Assembly: GCA_965205865.1 (NCBI GenBank)
Contig: CBDBHR010000029.1
Location: 1-64,000 of the forward strand
Length of the DNA: 64,000 nt
Source of the DNA: a bacterium
Lineage (GTDB): Bacteria; SAR324; NAC60-12
Reading direction: 5' to 3'
In this document: in pieces, positions 21,352 through 33,162 of the stretch
How the letters are laid out: each line of letters begins with the position of its first letter
How positions within the stretch are numbered: position 1 is the first letter of the stretch
Translations under genes and position numbers: made by a program
The notes under the pieces: model-generated
What the model was told of the DNA's origin: nothing
Seen by the model: only the letters and a program-made list of their open reading frames with translations
The model's database searches: none

Positions 21352-22531
21352 GATAGTCTCCCTCTCAAGTGTTGGGAGGGGCAATAACGGTTAAAAGTTC
21401 TTTGACAGTCCAGATATGATTTGTTAAGCTAGCAGCCATTGCGGGTGTGCGAGGTTGCCATCGCCGTCTTGGATCGTCGAGCACTTTGAGTCGTAAGGTT
21501 TTCAGAGAACGCCCCAGGTTATAATAGAGGTCTTGCCAAGCGGCGGAAGCCTGGTACATGCGCAGGACTTTGGAGAAAGCGAGTGTTTTTTGGGCTAAGC
21601 GGCCATTAAAATGCCGCATCGTCAGATGAGTTCATTCCACATAGGAGGTACTTTTTCCTAACGTTTGTAAGACAACTTCCTCCTCTCCAAAGACCACTTT
21701 TAATCGAGTTCCGTTCACCTGTCCATTTTCACGTTGTTTTATCACTTGCAAATATTGCCAGCCCGCTTGCGGTTGTTTGAGCGTGGGGGGACGCCTGATG
21801 CCTGCATATTGGGGAACTTTACCATAAACGGCCACCATGGCTTCATCAATCCCACCCCATCCGTCAGAAACGGTGGGCGGTGGCGCATCCGGATGACCTC
21901 GTCGTTGAAGCCTTTCAAAGACTTCGACGCTGGCATGGGTTTCGGTTTTGCCAATCCCGTGAGCCACGCGCAAGCGGTTATCAATCTCAATCATTGTCGA
22001 TCGCCAGAAGGTTCCGCTTTCTTCGGTCTCCTGATAAGTTTTTTTTCACCTTTATTCTTGACATAGGACCAGAGGCCATCAAGCTGGCCTCGTTGAATCG
22101 AATACTCTTTAAACAAAACATTTTCAATCGACTCGGCATGCTCACCGGCTGCTTGAATCCAATCTTGGATGGTATCTTCTTTATACCCTTTGCTGCGGGA
22201 GAGACTACTAATCCGGTCGCCTTCGGCCACTTGGGCCAGCGTATCGATGATGGCTGCTCTGGCAGTACGACGACGATAGAAGATCGTTCCCTTGGTTTCG
22301 GTAAAGGTTTTGCCGCAACTGGTGCATTGATATCTCTGGCAACCGGCTTTGGTTTTACCAAATTTCGTGATATTGGCGCTCTCCTGATCTTTCTGCAGTT
22401 TGCCATAATCACCACACTGCTCGTTAGGACAAAAATCTCCGGGGTTCGCGAATGCTGGCATCTCTATTCTCCTCAATAGGTTAAGGAGAAAGAATAAATC
22501 ATTTCTCTCAATACTCAAGAGGGAGACTATC
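21352..22531 (-). mobile_element. IS1-family-like element with defective transposase
   Basis: 14-bp TIR GATAGTCTCCCTCT. Zn-ribbon CPN..C/RYQCTSC, QLDGLWSYV, A8 slippery run at 22039-22046, SDGW and TSYVE motifs. Internal TGA at 21632-21634. Confidence 0.85.
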
Positions 22532-22742
22532 GAATTTTGAGGCGGCAGAAAACAAGTACCTTCAATTTAACCCAATTCTCTACCTCAAAGGACTCACCTA
22601 TTTTGAAGATTGTGATACCGCGAAGCCGAAAATGATCAATTCCGAAATCTCATTCGAGCAAGTCCAGGAAAAACTCATTCAGGAAGCAGATCAACCGATT
22701 TTATGTTCCTATATTTTAGAAAACGGTATTATGTCCCCTGAT

Positions 22743-24378
22743 TTACAACTGGGGCTCGAATGATTTGTTCATCGCAAAGCCAGAGTAACCGTCGGCGGCG
22801 CTCGCGTCGCAGAGCTCGCGGTAGTTTATCATGCCACCGCTGTACGGCATGAACACACGCGGCTTGCCGGGGATGTTCGCCCCGAGGTACCACGAATCGA
22901 CCAGCAAGAACAGCCCCTCCTCAGCGAGCTCGTTCACGTGAGCCACCCACTCGACCTCGGCCTCCGTATCCACATCGACCACGTCGATCGCGCGTTCGCG
23001 CAGGTACTCGACGAAGCCGGAGAGCCACTCGACGTGCTGCTCGATCGCGACCGGCATGTTGGACAGCACCGATGGGCTGCCTGGCCCCGTGATCATGAAC
23101 AAGTTCGGGAAACCGACGGTTGCCAGGCCGAGGTAGGTCTTGGGTCCCTCGCTCCACTTCTCTTTCAATTCAAGGCCGCCGCGACCGCGGATTTCCATTT
23201 TGAAGAAGCTGCCCGTCATCGCGTCGTAACCGGTGGCGAAGACGATGATGTCGAGTTCATGTTCCTGGCCGTCTGCGGTTCGCATCCCCGTCGGCGTGAT
23301 TTCCTCGATTGGGAAGTGCCGGATGTCCACCAGGTCGACGTTGTCGCGGTTGTAGGTCTCAAAATAATCGGTGTCGATCAGCGGCCGCTTCGAGCCGAGG
23401 GGATGGTCTCGGGGGAACAGCTTTTTGGCGGTCTTCCGGTCCTTCACGATCTCGCGGATCTTGGAGCGAATGAACTCGGAGGCCGTGTAGTTCGCGCGCA
23501 GGTCGCGTTGGATGTCGGTGAACGCAAAGAAGAAGTTGTTGAAGCCCTTGACCCAGGCGGATTCGTACGTTGCCCGGCGTTCTTCTTCGCTTGCCTCGAG
23601 CGTGGAACGCTCCGGTTCGTCGTAGGGATGGCCGCTGCGATTAGTCTTGCACGTTTTCCAGATCTCGGCGTAGTTGGCCTTGACTTGCGCCAGGAACTTT
23701 TGATCGACGGTGTGGTGGCGCGCCGGCACCATGTACTGGGGCGTACGCTGGAAGACCGTCAGGTGTCCGGCTTCCTTGGCGATGACCGGGATCGCCTGCA
23801 CGCCGCTCGAGCCTGTGCCGATCACGCCGACGCGTTTGCCTTCGAAGTCAATCCCATCATGGGGCCAGCCGCCGGTGTGGTACCACTCACCCGTAAAGCT
23901 CTCGAGACCCGGAATATTCGGGATCTGACTGGCCGAGATGCAACCGATCGCGGTGATCAGGTAGTGCGCCGTGACCCGGTCTCCGTGGTCGGTTTCGACC
24001 TCCCAGTGACCGTCTGCCTCGTTGAAGTGGGCGGCTGTGACGCGCGTGTTGAACTGGATATTGCTACGTAGATCGTAGCGGTCGGCGACGTGGTTGAGGT
24101 ACGTGAAGACCTCGGGCTGCACGGGGAACTTGCCCGCTCCAGTTCCATTCCTGGAGCAGATCCTCGTCGAATGAGTAGCAGTAGACGTAGCTCAGGGAAT
24201 CGACGCGTGCGTCGGGGTAGCGATTCCAGTACCAGGCGCCGCCGACGCCGCTGCCCGCCTCGTAGACCTGCGTCGACATACCCAGCTCATCGCGCAGGCG
24301 GTGGAGCATGTAGAGCCCCAAAAATCCGGCGCCGATCACAACGGCGTCGAAGTGTGCGCTATTGGTGTTGTTTGACAT
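22743..24378 (-). pseudogene. Baeyer-Villiger monooxygenase, frameshifted near 24120
   Basis: GAGFLG, GGAWYWNRYP, FTGEWYHTGGWP fingerprint, GTGSSG, ATGYD and SWYLGANIPGKPR motifs. Split over two ORFs. Confidence 0.9.
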
Positions 24379-24406
24379 CTTCGTTCTTCCTTTCATACCG
24401 GTCAGT

Positions 24407-25378
24407 TCAGATGTTCTGAGCGGATGTTTTCTGAGTTGCTGTTGGCCGCTGCCGCCGCACGATGTGCGCTCGGATCGCCTTCACGACTTGCTGATACCCA
24501 CGTTCGCTGCCCGGCAGCATCTGCAGCGTGAAGAACCCATGGATCTGTCCCGTGTAGCGCTGCAGGTCGACCTGCACGCCCGCGTCGGCAAGTCGCTCCG
24601 CGTAGGCCTCGCCCTCGTCACGCAACACGTCGTATTCCGCTGTCAGCACTACGGCCGGCGGAAGAGCGGAAAGGTCCGGCGTCTGCAACGACGAGGCGTC
24701 TGGTTCGGCACGCTGCGCGGGCTCGGGCACGTAGTGGTCCCAGAACCAGATCATCGCCTCTCTGGTCAGCAGCAACGCGTTATCGGGATCCGTGTACGAT
24801 GGCCGATCGAAATTTGCGTCGGTGACGGGGTAGATGAGGATCTGCAGCGCGATCTCGGGACCATTGCGGTCGCGCGCGCGGACCGCGACCACAGCGCTGA
24901 GGTTTCCCCCGGCGCTGTCGCCGGCCACGAACAGCGGTACCTCGCCCCCGGCAATTTCTTGCAGATGCGCGGCAGTCCACTCCAGTGCGGCATACGAGTC
25001 GTCGACTGCGACCGGATAACGGTGCTCGGGCGCCAGCCGGTATTCTACCAGCACCACGGCGCATGACGTGCGCTCGGCCAGCTTGCGCGCCAACGTGTCG
25101 TACTCGTCGATCGACCCGATCACCCAACCGCCGCCGTGGTAGTAAACGATCACGCCCTCGGGCGGGTCGATCGGGACCAGCACCCGGAGGCCATCGTTCC
25201 CGCCCTCTCGTTCGAGCGTGTGCTCCTCGACACGAGCAATCGGCGGAGCGGGTCCGGCCGTCTCGGCCAGAGATCTGCTATAGGCACGCGCTTCCTCGGG
25301 CGTCATCTCTTTCAGCTTTTTGGCGTCGGGGTCGGCTATCGATTGAATGAACTGTTTCGTCGCACGGTCAAGTGTCAT
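24407..25378 (-). CDS. Alpha/beta hydrolase (HSL-family esterase/lactonase)
   Basis: HGGGW, GDSAGG, DVLRDEG and HGF motifs. Confidence 0.94.
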   Translation of the reverse strand: MTLDRATKQFIQSIADPDAKKLKEMTPEEARAYSRSLAETAGPAPPIARVEEHTLEREGGNDGLRVLVPIDPPEGVIVYYHGGGWVIGSIDEYDTLARKLAERTSCAVVLVEYRLAPEHRYPVAVDDSYAALEWTAAHLQEIAGGEVPLFVAGDSAGGNLSAVVAVRARDRNGPEIALQILIYPVTDANFDRPSYTDPDNALLLTREAMIWFWDHYVPEPAQRAEPDASSLQTPDLSALPPAVVLTAEYDVLRDEGEAYAERLADAGVQVDLQRYTGQIHGFFTLQMLPGSERGYQQVVKAIRAHIVRRQRPTATQKTSAQNI

Positions 25379-25430
25379 AGGTAAGGGCTCCTTTGTATTC
25401 TGAATCTCTCAATAACATTCCGCCGGCTTC

Positions 25431-26258
25431 TTATTCCTGTTCCAGACGCCGAGTCCGCTTCAAGCCCTTCCCCTCGAAGTCCTTCAGCACGCGTTGGAAC
25501 CGGTCGGCAAAGGCCTCGCTCCAGTCTTGGGTGTGGATGTACGCGGCATTCTCGCGAATGCCCGACACGACCATCTCGCCGACTTCTTCCGGTTGCAGTC
25601 CCCAGCGAATGTCTTCCCACACGAATTGGGACTTAACGCCTGCCTGCTCTCCGGGGTCGCGCAGTCGGTCGGAGTCCGCCAGGTTGGTGACGGTATCTCC
25701 GGGGCACAGGGTCGAGACTCCGATTCCATCGGGTTCGAGGTCAGCACGCAATGCCTCGCTGTATGCGACGAAATCGAACTTGCTGGCGCTATAGGCGACG
25801 GAGCGGGCGCTGGGCAGGAAGCCCCTGATCGAGGCCGTGTTCACGATGTGTCCCCCTCGGTTCTGCTCACGCAGGAGCTTGGTAAAGCACTGCCTGACCC
25901 GGAAGACCCCGTCGAGGTTCACTGACATGACGAAGCGCCAGTCTTCTTCGGTGGTGTCTCGCATCTCGCCGCCCAGGAAGACCCCGGCGTTGTTGCGCAC
26001 GATGTCGACGCCGCCCATCTCCCGCACCGCCGTCTCGACGAGTGCGGCGACGGAATCCGTTTTCCTTACGTCGACATGAACGGGTATCCCCCGAACCCCC
26101 TTGCCCGTCACCTCTTCCGCGACTCACGCCGCGTTGTCGAGGTCGATGTCCGCGACGATCAGGTTTGCGCCTACATCGGCGAGTGCCAGGCAGATGCCGC
26201 GACCGATCCCGCTGCCCCCGCCCGTCACAAGCCCAACCTTCCCTTCGAAAATGTCCAT
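25431..26258 (-). pseudogene. SDR oxidoreductase with internal TGA (paralog of 2088-2915)
   Basis: Colinear with 2088-2915. In-frame TGA at 26124-26126 where the paralog has CGA. Confidence 0.9.
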
Positions 26259-26301
26259 AATGTCTGCCCTCCAAATCTCTGTTATGTTGTCTCCTATTTA
26301 A

Positions 26302-26443
26302 TAATTAGTCGCTGTCGTGAAATAGGTGTTAGGTGTTAGGTTTAAGGCATTAGCTCTTTAAAAAACTTATAATATCAGTAGTAATTCAAAAGCTAAAACC
26401 TAATACCTGATACCTAAATGCTTTTCGCGACAGCGACTAATTA
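26302..26443. mobile_element. MITE family D (~142 bp)
   Basis: 21-bp TIR TAATTAGTCGCTGTCG(T/C)GAAA. Internal inverted heptamer repeats (TAGGTGT). Confidence 0.82.
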
Positions 26444-26511
26444 GTGCTTGGCCGAAAACTCGTTCCTCCCTTTAGCAAAGGGGGGAAGCAAGAAACAGAT
26501 CATCTTCGTTA

Positions 26512-27010
26512 TCAGCCGCTGAATTCCAGGCCCTCGTAGTTCGCCTTAACGACAGCATTGCAGCGTTCCCGGTACATCACGTTGCTTCCGGTAAAGGGCG
26601 ATACGACTCGTGGCTTGCCGGGAATGTTCGCGCCGACGTACCAGGAATTGCCGCGGACTATCAGCAAGTGTTCCGAGCCTTCCGCTGTCCAGGCGTCGGC
26701 CAAACGAAGTCCGTCGCTTCCCATCGTATTTTCAGCCGTGATTACGACAACACAAACCCCTCATACCCGTTGGTTACGACCGCTTTGCACTTTTCAACGT
26801 AGGGCGGGAAGCCCTTCAGCAAGGTCATAGTGACCCGGGGTTTGCCGGGATGGCCCCCAGATACCACGAATGGCAGGTCACGAGCAGGGTTTTACCGGCC
26901 ATCTCATTGACGTGAGCGACCCAATCGTCCTGGGCATCCTCGGTCGCCTCAATACAGGCGTGGTTATGCTCGACCAAATAGTTGATGCAGTCGGTGATCC
27001 CGGCGCTGAC
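26512..27010 (-). pseudogene. Two BVMO C-terminal fragments
   Basis: SWYVGANIPGKPR...YRERC and WVAHVNEMA...SWYLGA motifs without N-terminal domains. Confidence 0.75.
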
Positions 27011-27358
27011 GATGATGACTTCGAATTTTCCTGCTAATTTCATTTCTTCCCATTATATCCTATTATTTGCTGTAATGTCTAATACAAATGCGGTTACTCA
27101 TCTAACCCATCCGTTCTTCAAAGAAATTGAAAATAATAGATCTCTGAATTAAATACTCCACCATTTTTGGCCAATATCAGCACTATTTCTACATTTCCTA
27201 GATTTTTTTGCAGGAATCCTGATTTTTTAAGAATTTCTCTTGGTTCCAGGGCTCCAGCCACTTTTTGAAACCAGGAAGAACGTCGTTAGTGCCTTGTTTT
27301 TTTTGGCATGGAGGTTATGAAGATCGTTTGGGGTAACCGTCAAAACCCGAGTCCGAGT

Positions 27359-27554
27359 GGGAGGAAGACGAGAAAAACGTCTTACGTGCCTTTATAAAAG
27401 CGGAACCTGAATCGCTATTTAACTCTTTATAAAACACCTCAAATAAAACTGTGATTGGGAGGAAGACGAGAAAAACGTCTTACATGCCTTTATAAAAGCG
27501 GAACCTGAATCGCTATTTAACTCTTTATAAAACACCTCAAATAAAACTGTGATT
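27359..27554. repeat. 98-bp tandem duplication overlapping an IS end
   Basis: Two copies differing at one base. Each ends in CTGTGATT, the first 8 nt of the adjacent TIR. Confidence 0.92.
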
Positions 27555-29394
27555 CGGAAAGGTTCCTTATTTTTTTGTTTCATCGTTAGTGGTAATTTTT
27601 TCATCCTTGCCTGAGAGCGATGATTTTGTTTTCAATGACCTTTTGAGCAGAAAATTCCTTTCCCATATTTCCCAAGCGAGGAGGAATGCTCTGTTTTGGT
27701 TGCATTGCGGACACGGCGATCCCCTGTTTTGTATAGAGGAGATGCAGGCTGTGGTTGGATGAGTCTTGGTTCACTCAAGAGAACTCAAAAGGCCACAGAT
27801 CGCTGGTGTTTTGGACCCAGGGTTCAATTTGCTGTTTCAATTTTTGTTGAGCATTCTCAGGCACGTGGAGTAGCCACCAGAGCAGTTCAACCGGTCTCAA
27901 GATGACAAAACATCCCCAGGCCACAAGGATAATACGAATGTTTTTGGGATGGCCTTCTTCGCGTTTGGCCTGCTGAATGGTTTTTTGGGAGAAGCGTTTT
28001 CCCGCTTTGGTGCCGTTATAATAAACAAACAAACTGTAAGCGGCCAGCGTGATGAGCAGATGAAAAACAATGTAGATGAGATTGGTGGTGGAAAAAAGCG
28101 TTCCTTCCCAAGAACATTTGACTTGTTTATTGTCTTCCTCAATCTCGTCTCGCAACTGGCAAGTGAGGAGAATTTGCGCTGCGGTGAGTTTGAGATTGCT
28201 GCAGATAAAGAGCAGATATTCGAAACTCCCACCGGGCTTTTGCCATCGCACCAAAGCGCCATTGATCTCAACTTCGCATCCCTGCCAGGCAGCTTTCAAG
28301 TCCCTCACTAAGGTGACTTGTTGACCTTCAATTCCGGGATGCTCCCGCCAGATCGTTTTTCCTTTTCCTGGGGCTTGCTCTTCAGCCAACTGGCTCACAG
28401 CGATGGCCTCTTTGAGCACTTCCATGTTAGAACGAATCGGCACAATGACATCTACTTGACGCTTCTTTTTCAATGCATTCAATAATGTCGTGTCTATCAA
28501 GCCGCGATCATAAATGAGCGTATCGCCTGGTTTGAGGACAGGCGTGCTCAGTAACAAACGCTTGGCTAGTACCAGATCATGGCGCTGAATCGGTCCTAAC
28601 TCGACGCCCGTCAAGACATCGGCTTCATCGAGGTAGGATTTGAGTAAGCCGGCTTTATAGCCCCGCACCAAAGTGCCATCATCCTCCTTGAGGATCCCAC
28701 TGCCTTCATAGCAATCATTTTCAAAACAGACCGGCAATTTAGTGCCGTCAAAGGCATGAACGACCTTGCCATAGCGCTGACGAAAACCAGGCCCCACCTG
28801 CTCATTATACCATTGGACAAAACTAAAGCCGATTTGAAGATCCTCAGGATGCTCATCGGCGCTCATATCACGGGGGGGGCTCCTTTTCACGCTGTTGCCG
28901 CAAATACTTGCGAATGGCGTCAGGAGTAAAGGCTAATTCCTGCTCGGTCCCACGGCGCGTGATGCCATTGCCACGCTCCAATACCTCCACCCCATAGCCC
29001 AATTCTTCCAACAAAGTTCGGCTACGCAGAGCAAAGGGTACGCCACTTTCGGAGAGAAACCCCCTGAAAAGCTGCGGCTAAACTGCCCACTAAAATGACC
29101 TTCTCACTAATTTCTTTTTCCTGACGAGGATCGGGAAAGTGCGATAACCATTCCTCCAAAAAACCATCTTACATACTACACAGCACATAGCCATCGGCCA
29201 CACTCAGTTGGGTGCCCAAAATCTGATCCACCACTCCCGAATTTAAGGCTTCTTTCACCACTGCTTCGCTTTGACGGATTAATTTAAAAGATTCTGCTAC
29301 CATCGGCATCACTACCTCCTTGAAATGAGATTGCTCTATGATACCTGATAGGATAACTCATTTGCTCTACAAAAAATACCTTTCCGAATCACAG
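27547..29394 (-). mobile_element. IS4-superfamily-like DDE element, transposase frameshifted (~29309 to 27775)
   Basis: Perfect 16-bp TIR CTGTGATTCGGAAAGG. AFDGT, IYDRG and RDEIEE motifs. Confidence 0.85.
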
Positions 29395-29614
29395 GTTTGG
29401 CAATACCTTGCTTCGTCTCAATCGATGGCCCATAATCGCCTTGATCCTGATTAGCGAAATAGAGCTTCAGCAATAACAAACCCACACTCAATAAACTCCT
29501 AAAAATGGATGATTCCACCTGATGGGCTTCTTGATCTTTAGCACCCAATACCTCATGGATGATTTGATCAAACATCCCTTGACAGGCCTCAACACTCTTT
29601 TCTACTTCATTCAC
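29395..29614 (-). pseudogene. Transposase N-terminal fragment (ISKra4-like) cut by the adjacent IS
   Basis: EAHQVESSIFRSLLSVGLLLLKLYF...GDYG resembles ISKra4 N-termini. Ends at the TIR. Confidence 0.5.
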
Positions 29615-29700
29615 AGAATTGGATTGATCTCTTCCTTCAATTAACTTATTAAGGGGTCAAATATTAATTTGTCTTTTTTATGTCCCCTTTCCGATTGGTT

Positions 29701-30050
29701 TTACATAAACCTGCCCCCATCGATATAATGGGACTGGCCGGTGATATTTTTGGCTTCCTCTGAAAGGAGGAAGGCGATCATGTGTCCTATATCCTCTCCA
29801 GTCTGCGATCGCCCCAGCGGGGTGGCGGTTTTTACTCGATTTTCCAGCCACTCGCGATCGGTTCCCTCGAACTCTTCAAACCGTTCCGGGTAGAGGGCTT
29901 TCGTCTGCGACACCGTTTTTTCATGGAACCCCGGGGTATAAACGACGCCCACAGCAATACTCGCTCCTTCTTCAGCAGCAATTTTGACCGTAGCTTCCCA
30001 ATCCCCGGGCCAGCCCCGGCGACAATCAGCACTTTATCTTTCAGTCTCAT
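29701..30050 (-). pseudogene. SDR remnant with large internal deletion
   Basis: MRLKDKVLIVAGAGPGIG joined out of frame to TPLGR...IAFLLSEEAKNITGQ...DGG. Confidence 0.8.
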
Positions 30051-30070
30051 TTTATTTCTCCTTATAATAA

Positions 30071-30233
30071 ACTCGTCAGTGAAGAGTTCTCGTAAGTCAT
30101 TGAAATTATTAACTCAATATCGAATGTTGCGTCATTCCTGGCTTGACAAGGAATCCAGTGTATTTTCAAGGGGTTACGAAGACTGGATCCCGGATCAAGT
30201 CCGGGATGACATTAGAACTCACGACTCATGAGT
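30071..30233. mobile_element. MITE family E carrying a REP-like doublet
   Basis: Imperfect TIR ACTC.T.AGT...GAGTTCT (15/20). AATAA direct repeat on both sides. Internal CGTCATTCCTGG...CCGGGATGACA. Confidence 0.68.
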
Positions 30234-30239
30234 AATAAA

Positions 30240-31252
30240 TCAGTCTATCCTATACTTGACTACGGCATCCGGATCTAATTCAAATCCCAGGCCGGGTTTA
30301 TCAGGGAAAGGTGTCCACATTCCGTTCACCGGGAGAGGTATTTCCGTAAAGAAGTTCGCCTTCCCGACACTGCCCCAACCTCCATCGAAATACTCCACGA
30401 CTTTTAGATTAGCTATGGCCATACACAAGTGCAAATGGACTTCAGGTATGCCATGGGGGGCAATCTGGAGACCAAAGGAATCCGCTAATGCAGCAACTTT
30501 CATCCATTCTGTCACTCCTCCGACTCTGGCAACATCAGGCTGAATGATATCGGCTCCCCTCTTAGCAATAAGTTCTTTAAATCCGTGTCTGGTATATTCA
30601 TTCTCTCCGGTGGCGATCGGTATATCGGAGGCCCTGGTGACTTCAGCGAGCCCTTCAATATTATCAGCGAGCACAGGTTCTTCCAGCCAGCCGACATTAT
30701 ATTCCTCAAATATCCGTGTCATTCTGATAGCTTGCTTCACGTTGTAGCCCATGTTTGCATCCACATAAATTTCAATGTCGTCGCCTACCGCTTTTCTGAC
30801 AGCGGCTAGCCTTTTTATATCTTCCCTTTCCTCCTGCCCAAAATTCATTCCCACCTTCATTTTGACTTTGGAAAAGCCCTGCTCGACAAATCCGGTGGCT
30901 TCTTCAATCAGCTCTTCCTCAGTCATATTTGTCCAGCCACCCGAACCATAGACGGGGACACTGTCGTACCTCGGATTAAGTAAACGATAAAGCGGAACTC
31001 CTAATGCTTTCGCTTTCAAATCCCATAAACCAACATCGATGGCAGAGAGCGCCTGGATGGCAACGCCTTTGCGACCATAATTACGAATTTTCCAGAACAT
31101 TTCATTCCATATCTTCTCTATGTTGAAAGGATCCTGCCCTATCAATAATTCTTTCAGTTCACGCTCGACAATAACACGGATAGCGTGGGCAGGCCTGGGA
31201 TCCGCTATTCCGAATCCCTCTATTCCCTCGTCCGTTTTTATGCGTATAAATA
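30240..31252 (-). pseudogene. Mandelate racemase/MLE family enzyme, 5'-truncated by an IS
   Basis: IKTDEGIEG, IDVGLWDLKAK, KMK, DAN, EEP and GEN motifs. The N-terminus in the ORF track is IS-derived. Confidence 0.82.
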
Positions 31253-32768
31253 GTGCCTGACAGAAAAATACAATTTTACTAATAGGAGGTGTAGAACTCG
31301 CGAGAACATCCGTTCTTGAACAAGCCATATTTTAGATTGCTGAAGCTATTTTTCTTTGAGATCTCCGCTTTTTTGTTAACCCCCCTTTTTTTGGACACTC
31401 GCTCCCGGCCTCCCCTCTTATTTTAGAATGGGGAGTCGTCCTTTGGTTCAGGCTGCTTTTTTGTAGGGTCCTCGTTTACGACGCTGCCATTCTTTTTGTT
31501 GTTCACGCAGGACGGTGCCGAGACGGTGGATGTTTTTTGCAAGCACAGCCAGAGCGACATAGCGTTCGAAACCCTGGATTCCATGATCAGGACATTGATC
31601 GAGTCCGTGCGTTTCCAGGGCGTTGATGGCGGATTCGACCGCAGAGTGTTGGCGGTGCAGGAGTTTGAATTCCCGGGAATCTTCTCTCTGCCGGTCTGCT
31701 TTGCTCAACTTGCCTTTTTTGGGAAGCACGACAAGATCCGCAGTGCTTTGAGTTCACGCTGATTCTGTGGGCTGTGAGCGCCCTTGTCCCAACTCACGAC
31801 CGCAAGCTCGGCAAAGCGTTTTTTGGTTTCTTCGACGATTTCCACGGCCACCTTCTCATCGGTCTGCCTGCGCATCACTTGATGGTGAAGGATGAATTGA
31901 TGCTGTTCCTCAATGAGGTTGACCCCGAGTCCGAGTTCCACCGGCACTCCCGCCTTGCCCTTGCTGATCCACTCGGTGTGGGGCTCGAAGATGGAAAAGA
32001 TTTTTTCATGATGAGGGATGGTTTCGTTGAAGCGCACCCTGCGGATGATTTGGCTCATGAGTTTTTTTGCAGAGCCCATGTACTCCCGCAAGCGCAGCAG
32101 TTTCAAGGGGGAGCGCACCCGTTTTTCCAAAAGTTCCAGGTTTGTCCGGACCCGCAGGTGATACGCTTGGGCCATGAGGACGTATTTGAGATATTCCTTG
32201 CGCCTCTTTTCTTCACGGGCACGCTTTATTTGCTCAACTTTCGAAGTGGAGGGCCTGAGCTTTTGATGGTTAGCCAACTCATGGATGCGGTCGTAATCGG
32301 TGTTGAGACCCAGGCGCAGTACGCCAAGCACCAGAATCTTCCACTGCTCCATCCCGGGACGACCAAGACGGGGGTCCGCTTTGCGATGCCTGTCTTCGTT
32401 GCTCAGGCCCGAACCGCTTCGCGAGGGGATGACCCGTTCCGGAACCTTGAATACCGATGCGCGTAATGCTGGCGTGGCGTATATGTATTGCAAACCACTA
32501 AGGATAGGAGGGAAGTCATCACGGGATTTTAGATCCAACTCGATGGCGGCAACGTCGACTTCGCCGAACTGCATCTGGGGCTCACGTATGGTGCGCATAA
32601 AATTTCAAATCTTGAAGATTTACGGAAAAACGAAAGAAACCAGTCAGAAGATACTGTAACTGCAACGATTGACCCTTCATGCGAGGTGGCGCAAACTCGG
32701 GTTTTTTCAAATCTTCGCGTCACAAATATCAGTTTATCATCTTGATATAATTAATGAAAGACTTTACT
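31253..32768 (-). mobile_element. ISNCY-like transposase pseudogene (deleted, frameshifted)
   Basis: GRPGMEQWKILVLG, HEKIFSIFEPHTEWISKGKAG, WDKG and HSAVESAINALE motifs. Boundaries approximate. Confidence 0.82.
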
Positions 32769-32945
32769 TGATATTTAATGGTATTCACCTATTTTTAAGA
32801 AACGAAGATTTTGGAGAAACTCATAAAAATCCCATTTTTTGCTGATTTTGGCCATCTGAACACTGCATCAAACCAATCTTCATCCTGTGAAATTGAAGAA
32901 TTGTCAATGAATATCAGGAATTTGAGTATTTTCGGCCAAGCACTA
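32769..32945. mobile_element. MITE family A, truncated copy
   Basis: Aligns with ~989-1167 and ends in ATTTTCGGCCAAGCACTA. Confidence 0.8.
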
Positions 32946-33162
32946 GTTACTATGTAAAACAGACAGTCTCCGAGGGTTGTGATAAAAATGAAGTTTATCA
33001 AACTATAAACAACCCTTTTAAAGGAGACTGTCATGAAAAAAGATAACATTGAATCATTATCAGGCCAAATTCTTTTTGTTGGCATTGACGTGCATAAGAA
33101 GAGTTTTCACGTACCCTTTCGGAGCTTTGATTGCGAGATGAGCAGTCAGTCGATCCCAGCTA

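Noticed and set aside
22938-25066. Long antisense ORFs (377 aa, 234 aa; similarly 18446-19459, 4337-5029)
   Set aside because: Shadow frames of well-supported genes, with no recognisable motifs.
2379-26126. Stop-codon recoding (Sec/Pyl or alternative code) for in-frame TAG/TGA
   Set aside because: Paralogs have GAG/CGA at those codons, all three stop types occur as lesions, and intact genes end in TAG/TGA normally.
31253-31328. N-terminus of the 362-aa enolase ORF
   Set aside because: It derives from the neighbouring IS end, not from the enzyme.
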